Source: Candidatus Heimdallarchaeota archaeon (GTDB lineage: Archaea > Asgardarchaeota > Heimdallarchaeia > JABLTI01). From it: a stretch of 32,000 nucleotides of DNA. The notes under the pieces are model-generated. The model had not been told where the DNA came from, did no database searches, and saw nothing but the letters and a program-made list of their open reading frames with translations. Positions 1 through 8,914 of this stretch are shown here, piece by piece. Within the stretch, counting starts at the first letter, position 1. Each line of letters opens with the position of its first letter. Where the stretch lies: positions 30,001 to 62,000 of the forward strand of contig JAUWKS010000008.1 of the NCBI GenBank assembly GCA_030614005.1. The letters run 5' to 3'. The position numbers and the translations under genes were made by a program.

Positions 1-478
1 GTCCAGTACGAATGAAACTTCTTCGTCCTGGTCCTTGAGGTTCTGCATCTCGAAGAATTCTCCCAACAGAAAAAACACTTCGCAAATTCCAAAGTAATTC
101 AGCATTCTTTATTGTAATACTATCATCATGAATTGCAATATAAACAGGATGAGATGCCTTCCCCCGAATAATCATTCCATCGTAACCCGAAAAGCGTATT
201 GCCGAAGCAAGTCTCCCTCCAGCATAACTTTCGCCTAATTCGTTATTTAATGGAGATTTAAACATTGCAACCGTCTTTGCGGCAGTAGGATATGCAGCAG
301 TTAGAGGGCCTATAGCAAATACAATAACATTTTCAGGAGAAAGAGGGTCAACTTTAGGGTCACAACTTTTAGTAAAAAGTTCTGTAGCTAAAGAAACACC
401 GCCAAGAAATTGATTTAACTTTGAGTCCTCTACTACCTTTACTCTTCTTTTTGTTAGATCAATATCAATAATTCTCAA
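1..478 (-). CDS. aor: Aldehyde:ferredoxin oxidoreductase (AOR/WOR family), N-terminal part, runs off the window start; not in ORF track
   Basis: Manual translation from TTG at 478, which overlaps the ferredoxin TGA (TTGA): MRIIDIDLTKRRVKVV...FLGGVSLA...DPLSPENVIVFAIGPLT...KSPLNNELGESYAGGRLASAIRFSGYDGMIIRGKASHPVY...GPGRRSFIRTG. These are typical AOR N-domain motifs and the frame is open to base 1. Confidence 0.9.
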   Translation of the reverse strand, partial: MRIIDIDLTKRRVKVVEDSKLNQFLGGVSLATELFTKSCDPKVDPLSPENVIVFAIGPLTAAYPTAAKTVAMFKSPLNNELGESYAGGRLASAIRFSGYDGMIIRGKASHPVYIAIHDDSITIKNAELLWNLRSVFSVGRILRDAEPQGPGRRSFIRTG

Positions 479-882
479 CTTTCCACTTCCTCCATTTCTA
501 AAATGCCATGAGGACAGAAAGGTACGCAGAGTCCACAGTGAATACAAATAATCGGCATACCATTTTGAGAATCAAGTTTTATCGCCCCAATAATACAAGC
601 ATCCTTACAAAGACCACATGCATCACACTTACTTTTATCCAAAATAACTCCTCCGCCTTTTCTTTTTCGTAAAGCTCCTGAAGGGCAAGCTCTCAAACAA
701 ACTGGATCTTTACAACCTCTACAAACAACTATACTATAATACGCGGTCTGTCCTGCAGCAATTACAGAAATTGCTGATTGATCAACGGATAGTGTATTAA
801 ATCTCTCTCGAGCACAAGCCATAACACAACAAAGACAACCAACACATCTTTCGATATGGCGAACAGTAATTTTCTTTGGCAT
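475..882 (-). CDS. 4Fe-4S ferredoxin-like subunit (DmsB/HydN-like, four Cys clusters), probable electron-transfer partner of the AOR
   Basis: Motifs CVGCLCCVMAC, CRGCKDPVCLRACP, CDACGLCKDAC and CIHCGLCVPFCP; 4-nt overlap with the AOR start. Confidence 0.9.
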   Translation of the reverse strand: MPKKITVRHIERCVGCLCCVMACARERFNTLSVDQSAISVIAAGQTAYYSIVVCRGCKDPVCLRACPSGALRKRKGGGVILDKSKCDACGLCKDACIIGAIKLDSQNGMPIICIHCGLCVPFCPHGILEMEEVES

Positions 883-994
883 AGATTACTATTAGTGATA
901 ATGTTTTATTAGGATTTTCAAGTCCAAACAACTTTAGAACAATATTATTTCTGAATAAATCTAATCTCTGAAAAAAAAGGAAATTAGATAAAAT

Positions 995-3076
995 CTAATT
1001 TCTTCGTTTTCTGATTATAACTAGTGTAACTATGAAAGCAAAACTTGTTGTGAATGCTAGAATTGTAAATCCTGGTAAAATAATTGTTTCTGGTATTGCT
1101 GTTGTTGTTGTTGGATCTTCTGGTACAGGGTCTAAATTACAATCAACTAAGGCTATTCTCAATCCGCCAAAACCACTTGCAATGTAAATAGTGTCATCTA
1201 TAACGTCTAGACCATAGAAATATTCACTACCATTAGCTGCAAATGATCCTATTTGCTTGATGTCATATGCACTTCGAACATCGAGAACCCTAAGACCTTC
1301 GAAACCCAGAGCTATATAAAACAAACCATCATGAATACAAATATCTTCCATATACCATGATGTAAGATCGGTAAAATTCGCTATATAGATTGGATTGGTA
1401 GCATCTGAAACATCAATAATTTCTAAGAAGCCATTGCTAGATAAGAACAATGAATCTAAGTAATAATGCATACTGTAAGCATAATCAAGTGTCTCATAGC
1501 TACTTATAACACTTATATCATTCAAGTTAGAAGCATCTAAAATATGCACGGTTTTAGTATTATCTAACAAATAAACAGTTTCACTAACAACTTGTATATC
1601 TCTAAGATAAACATCAAGATCCGTAAAAGTAGGATACACAGATATCATTGTTGGATTAGCTATATTCATAACATGTAGGTCTTGTCCTTCGAGTACGTAT
1701 AATATATCGTTGTTAATATAGAATGAATTTGCAAAAGTCATTCCAGTAATATTCATTACAAGTTGTGGAAACACTGGATCAGTAACATCAAAGATTAGGA
1801 TACCAGTCATATCTAAAACATAGACATAACTCTCATAGTATTCTATTTGTGTTGTAAAGGTATAACCATCCCATTGCCCTAATCCTTGTGGATTATTTGG
1901 GTTTTGAACGTCAACAGTACTTAGAGTGATATTCCCATTTGAGATATAAGCGACATCATCACCTATTGCTAAATCAAATGCATAACCTATAATACCATAA
2001 GTCAATTCCTCAGAAGGATTACTAGCATCAGCAATATTATATCCTTTTAACCCATTTGGTGCATCAATAAAGTAAATGTAATCACCATTGAGCTTTATTC
2101 CTGTTACCCAACCATCAAATGGTGTTTCAATATTAGATACTAATACCGGATTATTCTCATCTGTAACATTAAGAATATCTACACCATCTCTTTGATCTGC
2201 AACATAAATTAGATTGTCCTTAGTAGCAATATCAAGTGTAACTCCACCGTTATCAAAAGTTCCTTTAGCTATTGGTGAGCTTACATTTGAGATATTATAA
2301 ATTGCTAAACCATCTGCGTTTTTTGCTAAATACAAACCATCATCTTCAACTTCTATCTGATTTACTGTTGAACCATCATCGTTTTCAAAGATGATTGCTT
2401 CGTTGATAGGATCTGTCACATTTAGCATCATAAACCCATGGTTTTTCATTGCTAGATATGCGATATTGTCTTTAACAGTCACACTTTGCACATTAACTGT
2501 TGCTCCTGTATTTGTGTTAATTACACTAGGTGCATAAGGATCAGATACATTAACAAAAACAAGTCCATCGTTTCCACAAGCAACAAAAGCAACCTTTTCC
2601 TCAACAAAAACATCATAAGTAATTGTTACATCTAATAAAAGTGATTCAACAATGTAAGGAGAGTTAGGATTTGTTGCATTAACAATAATCAAATCTCGAT
2701 TTGTATCAGCTATATAAACAAAACCATCGTCAACATGTAAATTCTCAACAGCTTCCCCTACACGAATTACGCTTTTCTTTACAACAGCAAATGGATCAGA
2801 AATATCAAAAATTAATAATCCATTTGGGTAAGCTAAAACATAAGCAAGATTATTTTCTATTTCAATTTTACTACCTAAGTAAAAATTTTCATTCCAAGTT
2901 CCCGCAGATGTGAAATCAACAGTAGAAGTATTAACGCCTAGATAATCATTATTGTCTTCTTTCACTTGACCAACAATAGCTGGCAGTTCAATTGCTACTA
3001 CATAACCATTAACTATGATTAGCAGTAATATCGCTATAACTATAGAATTCTTCTTCCAAAGCATTTTTCTAACCAT
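995..3076 (-). CDS. Secreted LVIVD-repeat beta-propeller surface protein with PGF-CTERM-like anchor
   Basis: N-terminal signal/TM segment; 14 repeats of the Y.A....GL.I.DVSDP..P type; Pro/Thr linker (DPTTTTAIPET); C-terminal LPGF followed by a hydrophobic helix and RKRRN. Confidence 0.85.
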   Translation of the reverse strand: MVRKMLWKKNSIVIAILLLIIVNGYVVAIELPAIVGQVKEDNNDYLGVNTSTVDFTSAGTWNENFYLGSKIEIENNLAYVLAYPNGLLIFDISDPFAVVKKSVIRVGEAVENLHVDDGFVYIADTNRDLIIVNATNPNSPYIVESLLLDVTITYDVFVEEKVAFVACGNDGLVFVNVSDPYAPSVINTNTGATVNVQSVTVKDNIAYLAMKNHGFMMLNVTDPINEAIIFENDDGSTVNQIEVEDDGLYLAKNADGLAIYNISNVSSPIAKGTFDNGGVTLDIATKDNLIYVADQRDGVDILNVTDENNPVLVSNIETPFDGWVTGIKLNGDYIYFIDAPNGLKGYNIADASNPSEELTYGIIGYAFDLAIGDDVAYISNGNITLSTVDVQNPNNPQGLGQWDGYTFTTQIEYYESYVYVLDMTGILIFDVTDPVFPQLVMNITGMTFANSFYINNDILYVLEGQDLHVMNIANPTMISVYPTFTDLDVYLRDIQVVSETVYLLDNTKTVHILDASNLNDISVISSYETLDYAYSMHYYLDSLFLSSNGFLEIIDVSDATNPIYIANFTDLTSWYMEDICIHDGLFYIALGFEGLRVLDVRSAYDIKQIGSFAANGSEYFYGLDVIDDTIYIASGFGGLRIALVDCNLDPVPEDPTTTTAIPETIILPGFTILAFTTSFAFIVTLVIIRKRRN

Positions 3077-3199
3077 TTCCTTTTTTCCCCTAAAATGATT
3101 AATTGTATAATATCCATTATTCTTTATTACTATTATCTAATATATTGACTTATCTTTTTAAGTAATTTCAACCTCTATTAAACAGATAAAAACATTTGA

Positions 3200-3847
3200 G
3201 TGTTTACTGCAATGTTAGATGAATTAGCTTTTTTTTCCTTTATTTGTTGCCTGACATTATCAATTATTTTCCTTTTTTTAACCCTAAATAAACCAGACTC
3301 AAGAAAAGGTCTTCGCAGAGAAATATTGAGTAAATGGGTGAATTTTAATCTCGAAGATAATAAAACAATAGCAGTTCAAGCCATTAGAAATCTCCTCATG
3401 ATAAACGCGGCATTCATTTCTGCATTACTCATTCTTACTGGAATATTAATTGGTTTGTATCAACTAGTTTTTACTAATTACAATGTTTTTCTTTGGGAGT
3501 TAATTCCAGAATTTACTGTGAGATTAGCTTAATTAATTTTGATAATAATTACTCTAGCTTTTAGTCTGTTTAGTTTCATAAATTCTAATCGAATGGCAAC
3601 TAATCTCACTTTTTTAATTACAAGTAAAATTGATGATGAAAGTGAAGCAAAAAATAGTTTACTATTAGCACAAGAAGCTTTTAGAATAATGCAAAGATCT
3701 TGGATGTTAGGTATTCGTGGGTTATTTTTCCTAATTGCATCTATTACTTGGTTAATTCATCCTATAGCGTTCATTGTATTTACGATACTTATTTTACTCT
3801 ATGTAATTCTAATTCAAGATTTTTCTGTTTTTGAAAAGAAAAAATAA
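3200..3847 (+). pseudogene. DUF599-family membrane protein interrupted by one in-frame TAA (3530-3532)
   Basis: ORFs 3200..3532 and 3539..3847 are in the same frame: GTG AGA TTA GCT TAA TTA ATT TTG = V R L A * L I L. DUF599-like motifs occur on both sides (IAVQAIRNLLMINAAF; WMLGIRGLFFLIASITWLIHP). The likely start is ATG 3212. Confidence 0.7.
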
Positions 3848-3982
3848 GGCAAAATTAAGAATATATTACAATTACTCTAATCAACTTTGTAAAAACACAA
3901 TTGATTTCTTTTGTGAACTGTTGCACTAAACAATAGTCTTTAATATTTAATGCTGAGATGTAAGGTTATAATCTTTATATAA

Positions 3983-3988
3983 AGGTGA
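3983..3988 (+). promoter_or_regulatory. Shine-Dalgarno-like AGGTGA before TTG 3995
   Basis: AGGTGA lies 6 nt upstream of the start; similar GGTG/GAGG motifs precede several other genes in the window. Confidence 0.6.
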
Positions 3989-3994
3989 AATTAT

Positions 3995-5584
3995 TTGAGG
4001 ATTAAAAAAGCAATAGTAATTACTATGTTATTGATAATGCTGACCCCAGCAATATCAATCTTAAGTGCAACTGTTCCTGAAGAGGAATATTTTGTACCAA
4101 ATGACATTGATTCTACCGTTGGTGTGATATCAGGTGACACATTGTTCTACAATATTGAACAACTTGTATTACCACCAGGTGTAGAAATTGAGAATGTTAC
4201 ATTACCAGATTTTGCAGATAATAAAATCATTGTAAAAGTAATGTATGTCGACAACAATTATGAATTCAACTCAACTCATACTGGAGCTAGAATCTGGTAT
4301 TCAGTTGGATTTATGTTTGGTCAAGATGAAACATTCGATTTAGACTTTAGTCTATTAGACACAAATATTGTTATTCCCAAAGGTGCAGCAACTCCTTCAA
4401 TTGTTATTGATGGAAATCCATACTTTACTAACGTAGGTGACGGTTCTCCTTCACTCTTCTTCTTAAATGATGATTGGGCTGATCACAAAACAAATCTAGA
4501 ATCTTTAGGATTTGTAGTAACAGATTCCGCATCTGAATTATCAGCAACTTTCACAAATGGTACTGGTGAACTTACTGGTACTTGGAGAAAATCTGACGGT
4601 GTTTTAACTGACATACTCTTTGATGACATCATTATGTCTGACATGACTCTTGAACTCAGTTTAGATAGCAAAGTAAATCGTCCATTGGGCGTTTCAGTTG
4701 GCGATCAAATTGAGATGACACTTGAAACCTTTGATTTGGAAGTTACAGGTTCAGGAGATTTATACACAAGTGGAATAAATCAAACAGAACTATCTGAAGT
4801 GCAAGCAACTATGGCTTCCATGGAAGGTAAAACAATGGTTAGATTCGTTGTAAACGAAGTTTATGGTATGTATTACACTTGCTCAATTTATGCTTACGAT
4901 ATTGATACAGATACTATGAAAAAGGTCACAGATGACGATATTTACTTTAATGGATTCTTTGGTTCAATACAAGTAGCTGAGCCTCCAAAATTCGACAGTG
5001 ATGATCATGATTTCAATCCTTCAGGAATGGGTCCAGTAGTATCTCCAGATTGGGATATCTATGAAGGATACATGATATTAGCCAACACACTTCTCGGTGT
5101 CTACATAAATGAAATACTTACAATCGCTGGTCCACCAACAGATGACGCTGTTATCACCACAATCGAACCAACCTTCGGTTTCCAAAGCAAACGAGGTTAC
5201 TACTACTTCCAACAATCATTGGATATTGACATAGAAGCTAATCTAGCTTTTACTTCCATAAAGCTAGGAATAAATGCTCTCTACGACACAGGCATCCACG
5301 CAACAGTGAACGAAAAGATGTATTTCGCATACCACGAAAGTGGTGTTTTTGCTGGAATGAGAATAGAGGCAGTTATTGATGTCACCATGTATGATTCAGC
5401 AAGTTCTTCAGGCTTCCCAGCAGGAAACGTTCATGTAGAAATTGATTTCAAATTACGTAACCCAGATTACAATCCCCCCGATGCTTATGGCGGCGGCTTT
5501 ATTCCAGGATTCGAATGGCTCATAGCTATTCCAGCATTAATGAGTGTTGCAGTAATCGGTTTAGTCTCTAAAAAGAGAAAGTAA
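3995..5584 (+). CDS. Surface glycoprotein / S-layer-like protein, paralog 1, with PGF-CTERM-like anchor
   Basis: Signal peptide, acidic beta-rich body, several N-x-S/T sequons, C-terminus GGGFIPGFEWLIAIPALMSVAVIGLVSKKRK. Confidence 0.75.
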   Translation: MRIKKAIVITMLLIMLTPAISILSATVPEEEYFVPNDIDSTVGVISGDTLFYNIEQLVLPPGVEIENVTLPDFADNKIIVKVMYVDNNYEFNSTHTGARIWYSVGFMFGQDETFDLDFSLLDTNIVIPKGAATPSIVIDGNPYFTNVGDGSPSLFFLNDDWADHKTNLESLGFVVTDSASELSATFTNGTGELTGTWRKSDGVLTDILFDDIIMSDMTLELSLDSKVNRPLGVSVGDQIEMTLETFDLEVTGSGDLYTSGINQTELSEVQATMASMEGKTMVRFVVNEVYGMYYTCSIYAYDIDTDTMKKVTDDDIYFNGFFGSIQVAEPPKFDSDDHDFNPSGMGPVVSPDWDIYEGYMILANTLLGVYINEILTIAGPPTDDAVITTIEPTFGFQSKRGYYYFQQSLDIDIEANLAFTSIKLGINALYDTGIHATVNEKMYFAYHESGVFAGMRIEAVIDVTMYDSASSSGFPAGNVHVEIDFKLRNPDYNPPDAYGGGFIPGFEWLIAIPALMSVAVIGLVSKKRK

Positions 5585-5597
5585 ATTATCTATCTAA

Positions 5598-5633
5598 AAT
5601 TGTGCGTACTTCGCACAATTACAATCTTTTTTT
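5598..5633 (+). terminator. 9-bp inverted repeat plus T-tract after paralog 1
   Basis: AATTGTGCG-tactt-CGCACAATT (5598-5620), then T7 at 5627-5633. Confidence 0.6.
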
Positions 5634-5716
5634 AATTAATTTTTGAGAAGCTTTCAGTGTAAACTATTTTTATCAAAAGGATAATTCTATTCTAATGGAT
5701 ACTTTAATTAGACAAT

Positions 5717-7375
5717 TTGAGCAAATGTATCCTAACAAATATTAGGGTGAAAATAATGAGGATGAGACGTATTTTTATTTTTGTTACCTTATTGATATTG
5801 TTATTACCAATTTTGTCAATCAATGGTACAAATCAGAATGAAAAGGAAATCATAATACCGACTGATTTTAATTCCGATAGTGGAGTTTTAGCTGGTGATA
5901 TTTTCTATTATAATATTGATGAATTAATTCTACCACCAGAAGTAGAAATTGATAATGTTACTTTGCCTAATTTTTCAGGGAATCAAATATTCGTTAAGGT
6001 ATTGTATATTGAAGAAAATTATCAATATGACTTAACTACTTTTGGTACTGCTATACACTTAGCACTTGGATTTAAATTTGCAAAGGATACTACCTTTGAA
6101 CTAGATTTTAGTCTGTTGAGTACTGATATTGTCATTCCGAAAGGAGCAGCTACTCCACCTATAACTTCAATTGGCAACCCCCATTTTGAGAATACTTCCG
6201 ATTTAGGCCCATCAATGTTTTTCTTGAATTCGGACTGGAATAGTCATACCACAATACTTGAAGGATTAGGTTTTACTGTTACAAATGATGCAAATGAACT
6301 ATCTGCTATACTATTTGATGGTGCAGGTGTAGTAACTTTCACCTGGAGAAAATCAGATGGTGCTCTGACGCATTTGATGGTTGAAGATATTCTTTTCCTC
6401 GGAGCTGATTTCTCAGATATGACTGTTGAGATTAGCTTGGCTGAGAAATATTATAGACCATTAGGAATTTCTGTTGGAGATCAAATTATAATCGAGGTAG
6501 ATCATCTAGATGCGTCTATGTCCGTTTCAGGTGACATTGCAACTTACTATAATCAAACTCAAATTAATGAATACGAAGCTTCGTATGAATCTTTAGCAGG
6601 CAACACTATATTGCAATTAAATGTTGAAGAGATTTATGGAGTCTATTATGTTTGTTCAGTATGGGTGATATCTGACATTGAAACTTTTGAGCTTCAGAAA
6701 CTTGATGATAATTACTATTTCAATGGTTTTCAAGGAGCATCAATTGGATACTATGGTCTAATGCCAAATTACAGCTATGAAGATAACGAATATTTAGGTT
6801 CAGCTATTGTACCTGCAATAACCCCTGATTGGGACATTTATGAAGGATATATGTTACTTGGAAATACTTTGCTAGGTGTTTACATTAATGAGATGCTAGA
6901 AGTTATTAACCCAATAAATGAAAAATATAGTACAATTAATGATTTGGACTTTACATTCGGATTCGATAAGAAGCGAGAATACTACTATTATCAGCAGTCA
7001 TTGGAATATGATATAGAAAGTAATTATACTTGGTACTATGATCCTATGACTGTTTTAGAACCTCAGCATGTATATTCAATTGGAACCAGAACTGAATTGA
7101 GTCAAAAATTGTATATCGCTTACCATGAAACTGGTGTTTTTGCTGGTTTGAGAGTAAAATATTCAATTAAATTAACTGACTACGATTATATTGGAGTAAC
7201 TAATTTTAATACCGGAACTTTAGAATTAGAAGTTGATGTTAAACTTCGAAATGTAGATTTCAATCCTCCTGATGCTTTTGGTGGAGGATTTATTCCAGGA
7301 TTCAGATGGATGCTAATAATTCCAGCTATACTACCTATTGCTACTTACAGAATTATTGCTCGGAAAAGAAAGTAA
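5717..7375 (+). CDS. Surface glycoprotein / S-layer-like protein, paralog 2, with PGF-CTERM-like anchor
   Basis: Colinear with 3995..5584 through shared blocks (LPPxVEIxNVTLP, TxIVIPKGAATP, TWRKSDG, RPLGxSVGDQI, PDWDIYEGYM, AYHExGVFAG, NPPDAxGGGFIPGF). The likely start is ATG 5756, after AGGGTGA. Confidence 0.75.
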   Translation: MSKCILTNIRVKIMRMRRIFIFVTLLILLLPILSINGTNQNEKEIIIPTDFNSDSGVLAGDIFYYNIDELILPPEVEIDNVTLPNFSGNQIFVKVLYIEENYQYDLTTFGTAIHLALGFKFAKDTTFELDFSLLSTDIVIPKGAATPPITSIGNPHFENTSDLGPSMFFLNSDWNSHTTILEGLGFTVTNDANELSAILFDGAGVVTFTWRKSDGALTHLMVEDILFLGADFSDMTVEISLAEKYYRPLGISVGDQIIIEVDHLDASMSVSGDIATYYNQTQINEYEASYESLAGNTILQLNVEEIYGVYYVCSVWVISDIETFELQKLDDNYYFNGFQGASIGYYGLMPNYSYEDNEYLGSAIVPAITPDWDIYEGYMLLGNTLLGVYINEMLEVINPINEKYSTINDLDFTFGFDKKREYYYYQQSLEYDIESNYTWYYDPMTVLEPQHVYSIGTRTELSQKLYIAYHETGVFAGLRVKYSIKLTDYDYIGVTNFNTGTLELEVDVKLRNVDFNPPDAFGGGFIPGFRWMLIIPAILPIATYRIIARKRK

Positions 7376-7391
7376 GAACCTTTCTTGAAAA

Positions 7392-7427
7392 TTTGTGCTT
7401 GTTAAGCACAAAAAATCCTTTTTTTTT
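7392..7427 (+). terminator. 9-bp inverted repeat plus T-tract after paralog 2
   Basis: TTTGTGCTT-gtt-AAGCACAAA (7392-7412), then T9 at 7419-7427. Confidence 0.6.
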
Positions 7428-7578
7428 ACTGATAATCTTCATAGAGAATTGCATTTGAACTGAAGATTAAAAAATAGATAATAAATTGACATCTAGATAC
7501 AAAGAAAGAATTAAAAAATCGCTATATTAATAATTACACAGCTGATAATTAATACTTATAGGAGATAGACTTTCAAGA

Positions 7579-8748
7579 ATGTCAACAAATCTTAGTCCTG
7601 AAGCCAAACAAGCAGAAGAAGCTTATCAGGAAGCAAAAACTGTTGAAGATAAGATTATCAAGCTAGAAAAATTCATCTCAATGGTGCCTAAGCATAAAGC
7701 TACTGAGAAAATGGTTGCAAGATTAAGAAGTAGTCTAGTAAAACACAAATCAGAATTAGAAGATAGAAGGAAAAGGATGAAATCCTTAGGCAAAGGACCA
7801 TCTTGGGTTCTTGCAAAGGAAGGGGATGCTCAAATATCATTAGTTGGGGTAGCAAATTCAGGCAAATCACTTCTCTTTCGTACATTAACAGGTGCAAATG
7901 CAAAAGTAGGGGATTACCCATTCACAACGGAAAAACCTGAACCGGGTGTTATAGACTGCGATGGAGCAATAATTCAATTAATAGACCTACCAAGTATTTT
8001 CCCCAACATTAGAAATGAATCTAAAAATGGTAATATGTTATTCTCTCAAATACGAGCTGCTGATTTAATCATTTTTGTAATTGATTTAACTAAAGATCCT
8101 GAAGAACAAATGACAATCCTATTAGAAGAACTCTACAATGGTAGTATTCGTGTTAACAAATCACTACCACCCATTGAATTACGTAAAACAGGTTCAGGTG
8201 GAGCGTTGCTAATTGGTGAAGATAAATTAGATGCCACTCGAGAGGAAATAATTGAAATCCTTCATGACCAAAGTTTGTATAATTTTTCCCTGAAAATTTT
8301 AAAACCCATCCAATTAGCTGATCTTGTAGAAGCATTAGATGCAAGTCTCAGCTACAATATAGGTATTATTGTGGCAAATAAAGGCGATGCAGATAATTCA
8401 AAAGAAAACTATGAAAAACTAGTGAAATTGTATTCCAAACAATTTCAGATATACCCAACAAGTGCTTTGAAAAAAGAAGGGTTGGATGTTTTAGGAAAGG
8501 AAATTTTCAAAAAATTAAAGCTGGTGCGAATTAGAAGCAAAGAACAAAATGGAGAAATTGCTAAAAAACCAATTGTAATCAAAGAAGGTGCAACTGTAGG
8601 TGATATAGCAAAAATAATCCATACCAGATTTTATGATCATTTCAAACAAGCTAAAATAACTGGTCCCAGTGCATTGTTTGACGGGCAATCTGTTGGTCTA
8701 AATCATGTTCTCAAAGATGGAGATGTGGTTGAGATTTTTGCTGATTAA
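7579..8748 (+). CDS. OBG-family DRG/Rbg1-like GTPase with C-terminal TGS domain
   Basis: PKHKATEK N-terminal motif; G1 GVANSGKS, G2 YPFTT, G3 DLPS, G4 NKGD, G5 SAL; TGS end VGLNHVLKDGDVVEI. Confidence 0.9.
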   Translation: MSTNLSPEAKQAEEAYQEAKTVEDKIIKLEKFISMVPKHKATEKMVARLRSSLVKHKSELEDRRKRMKSLGKGPSWVLAKEGDAQISLVGVANSGKSLLFRTLTGANAKVGDYPFTTEKPEPGVIDCDGAIIQLIDLPSIFPNIRNESKNGNMLFSQIRAADLIIFVIDLTKDPEEQMTILLEELYNGSIRVNKSLPPIELRKTGSGGALLIGEDKLDATREEIIEILHDQSLYNFSLKILKPIQLADLVEALDASLSYNIGIIVANKGDADNSKENYEKLVKLYSKQFQIYPTSALKKEGLDVLGKEIFKKLKLVRIRSKEQNGEIAKKPIVIKEGATVGDIAKIIHTRFYDHFKQAKITGPSALFDGQSVGLNHVLKDGDVVEIFAD

Positions 8749-8914
8749 TTATTCAATTATATTTTATTATTTGATTAAGAAATAATTACAACTCAAATCT
8801 AAACAGTATTATTTTGAAAAAAAAGTTTTTTAGGATATTCACAAGAGAAGAATATCTCATGAAACCTTAGTTATGAATATATCAGTTAATTTCATAATTT
8901 GATTCATAGCATTT

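Noticed and set aside
3973-3984. Palindrome CTTTATATAAAG next to the SD of the first surface gene
   Set aside because: Single AT-rich occurrence with no second copy seen, and too close to the start for a TATA box.
7579-8748. DRG GTPase G3 reads DLPS instead of DxPG
   Set aside because: As I recall, variation here occurs in this TGS-containing subfamily, and the other G motifs are intact; no case for inactivity.
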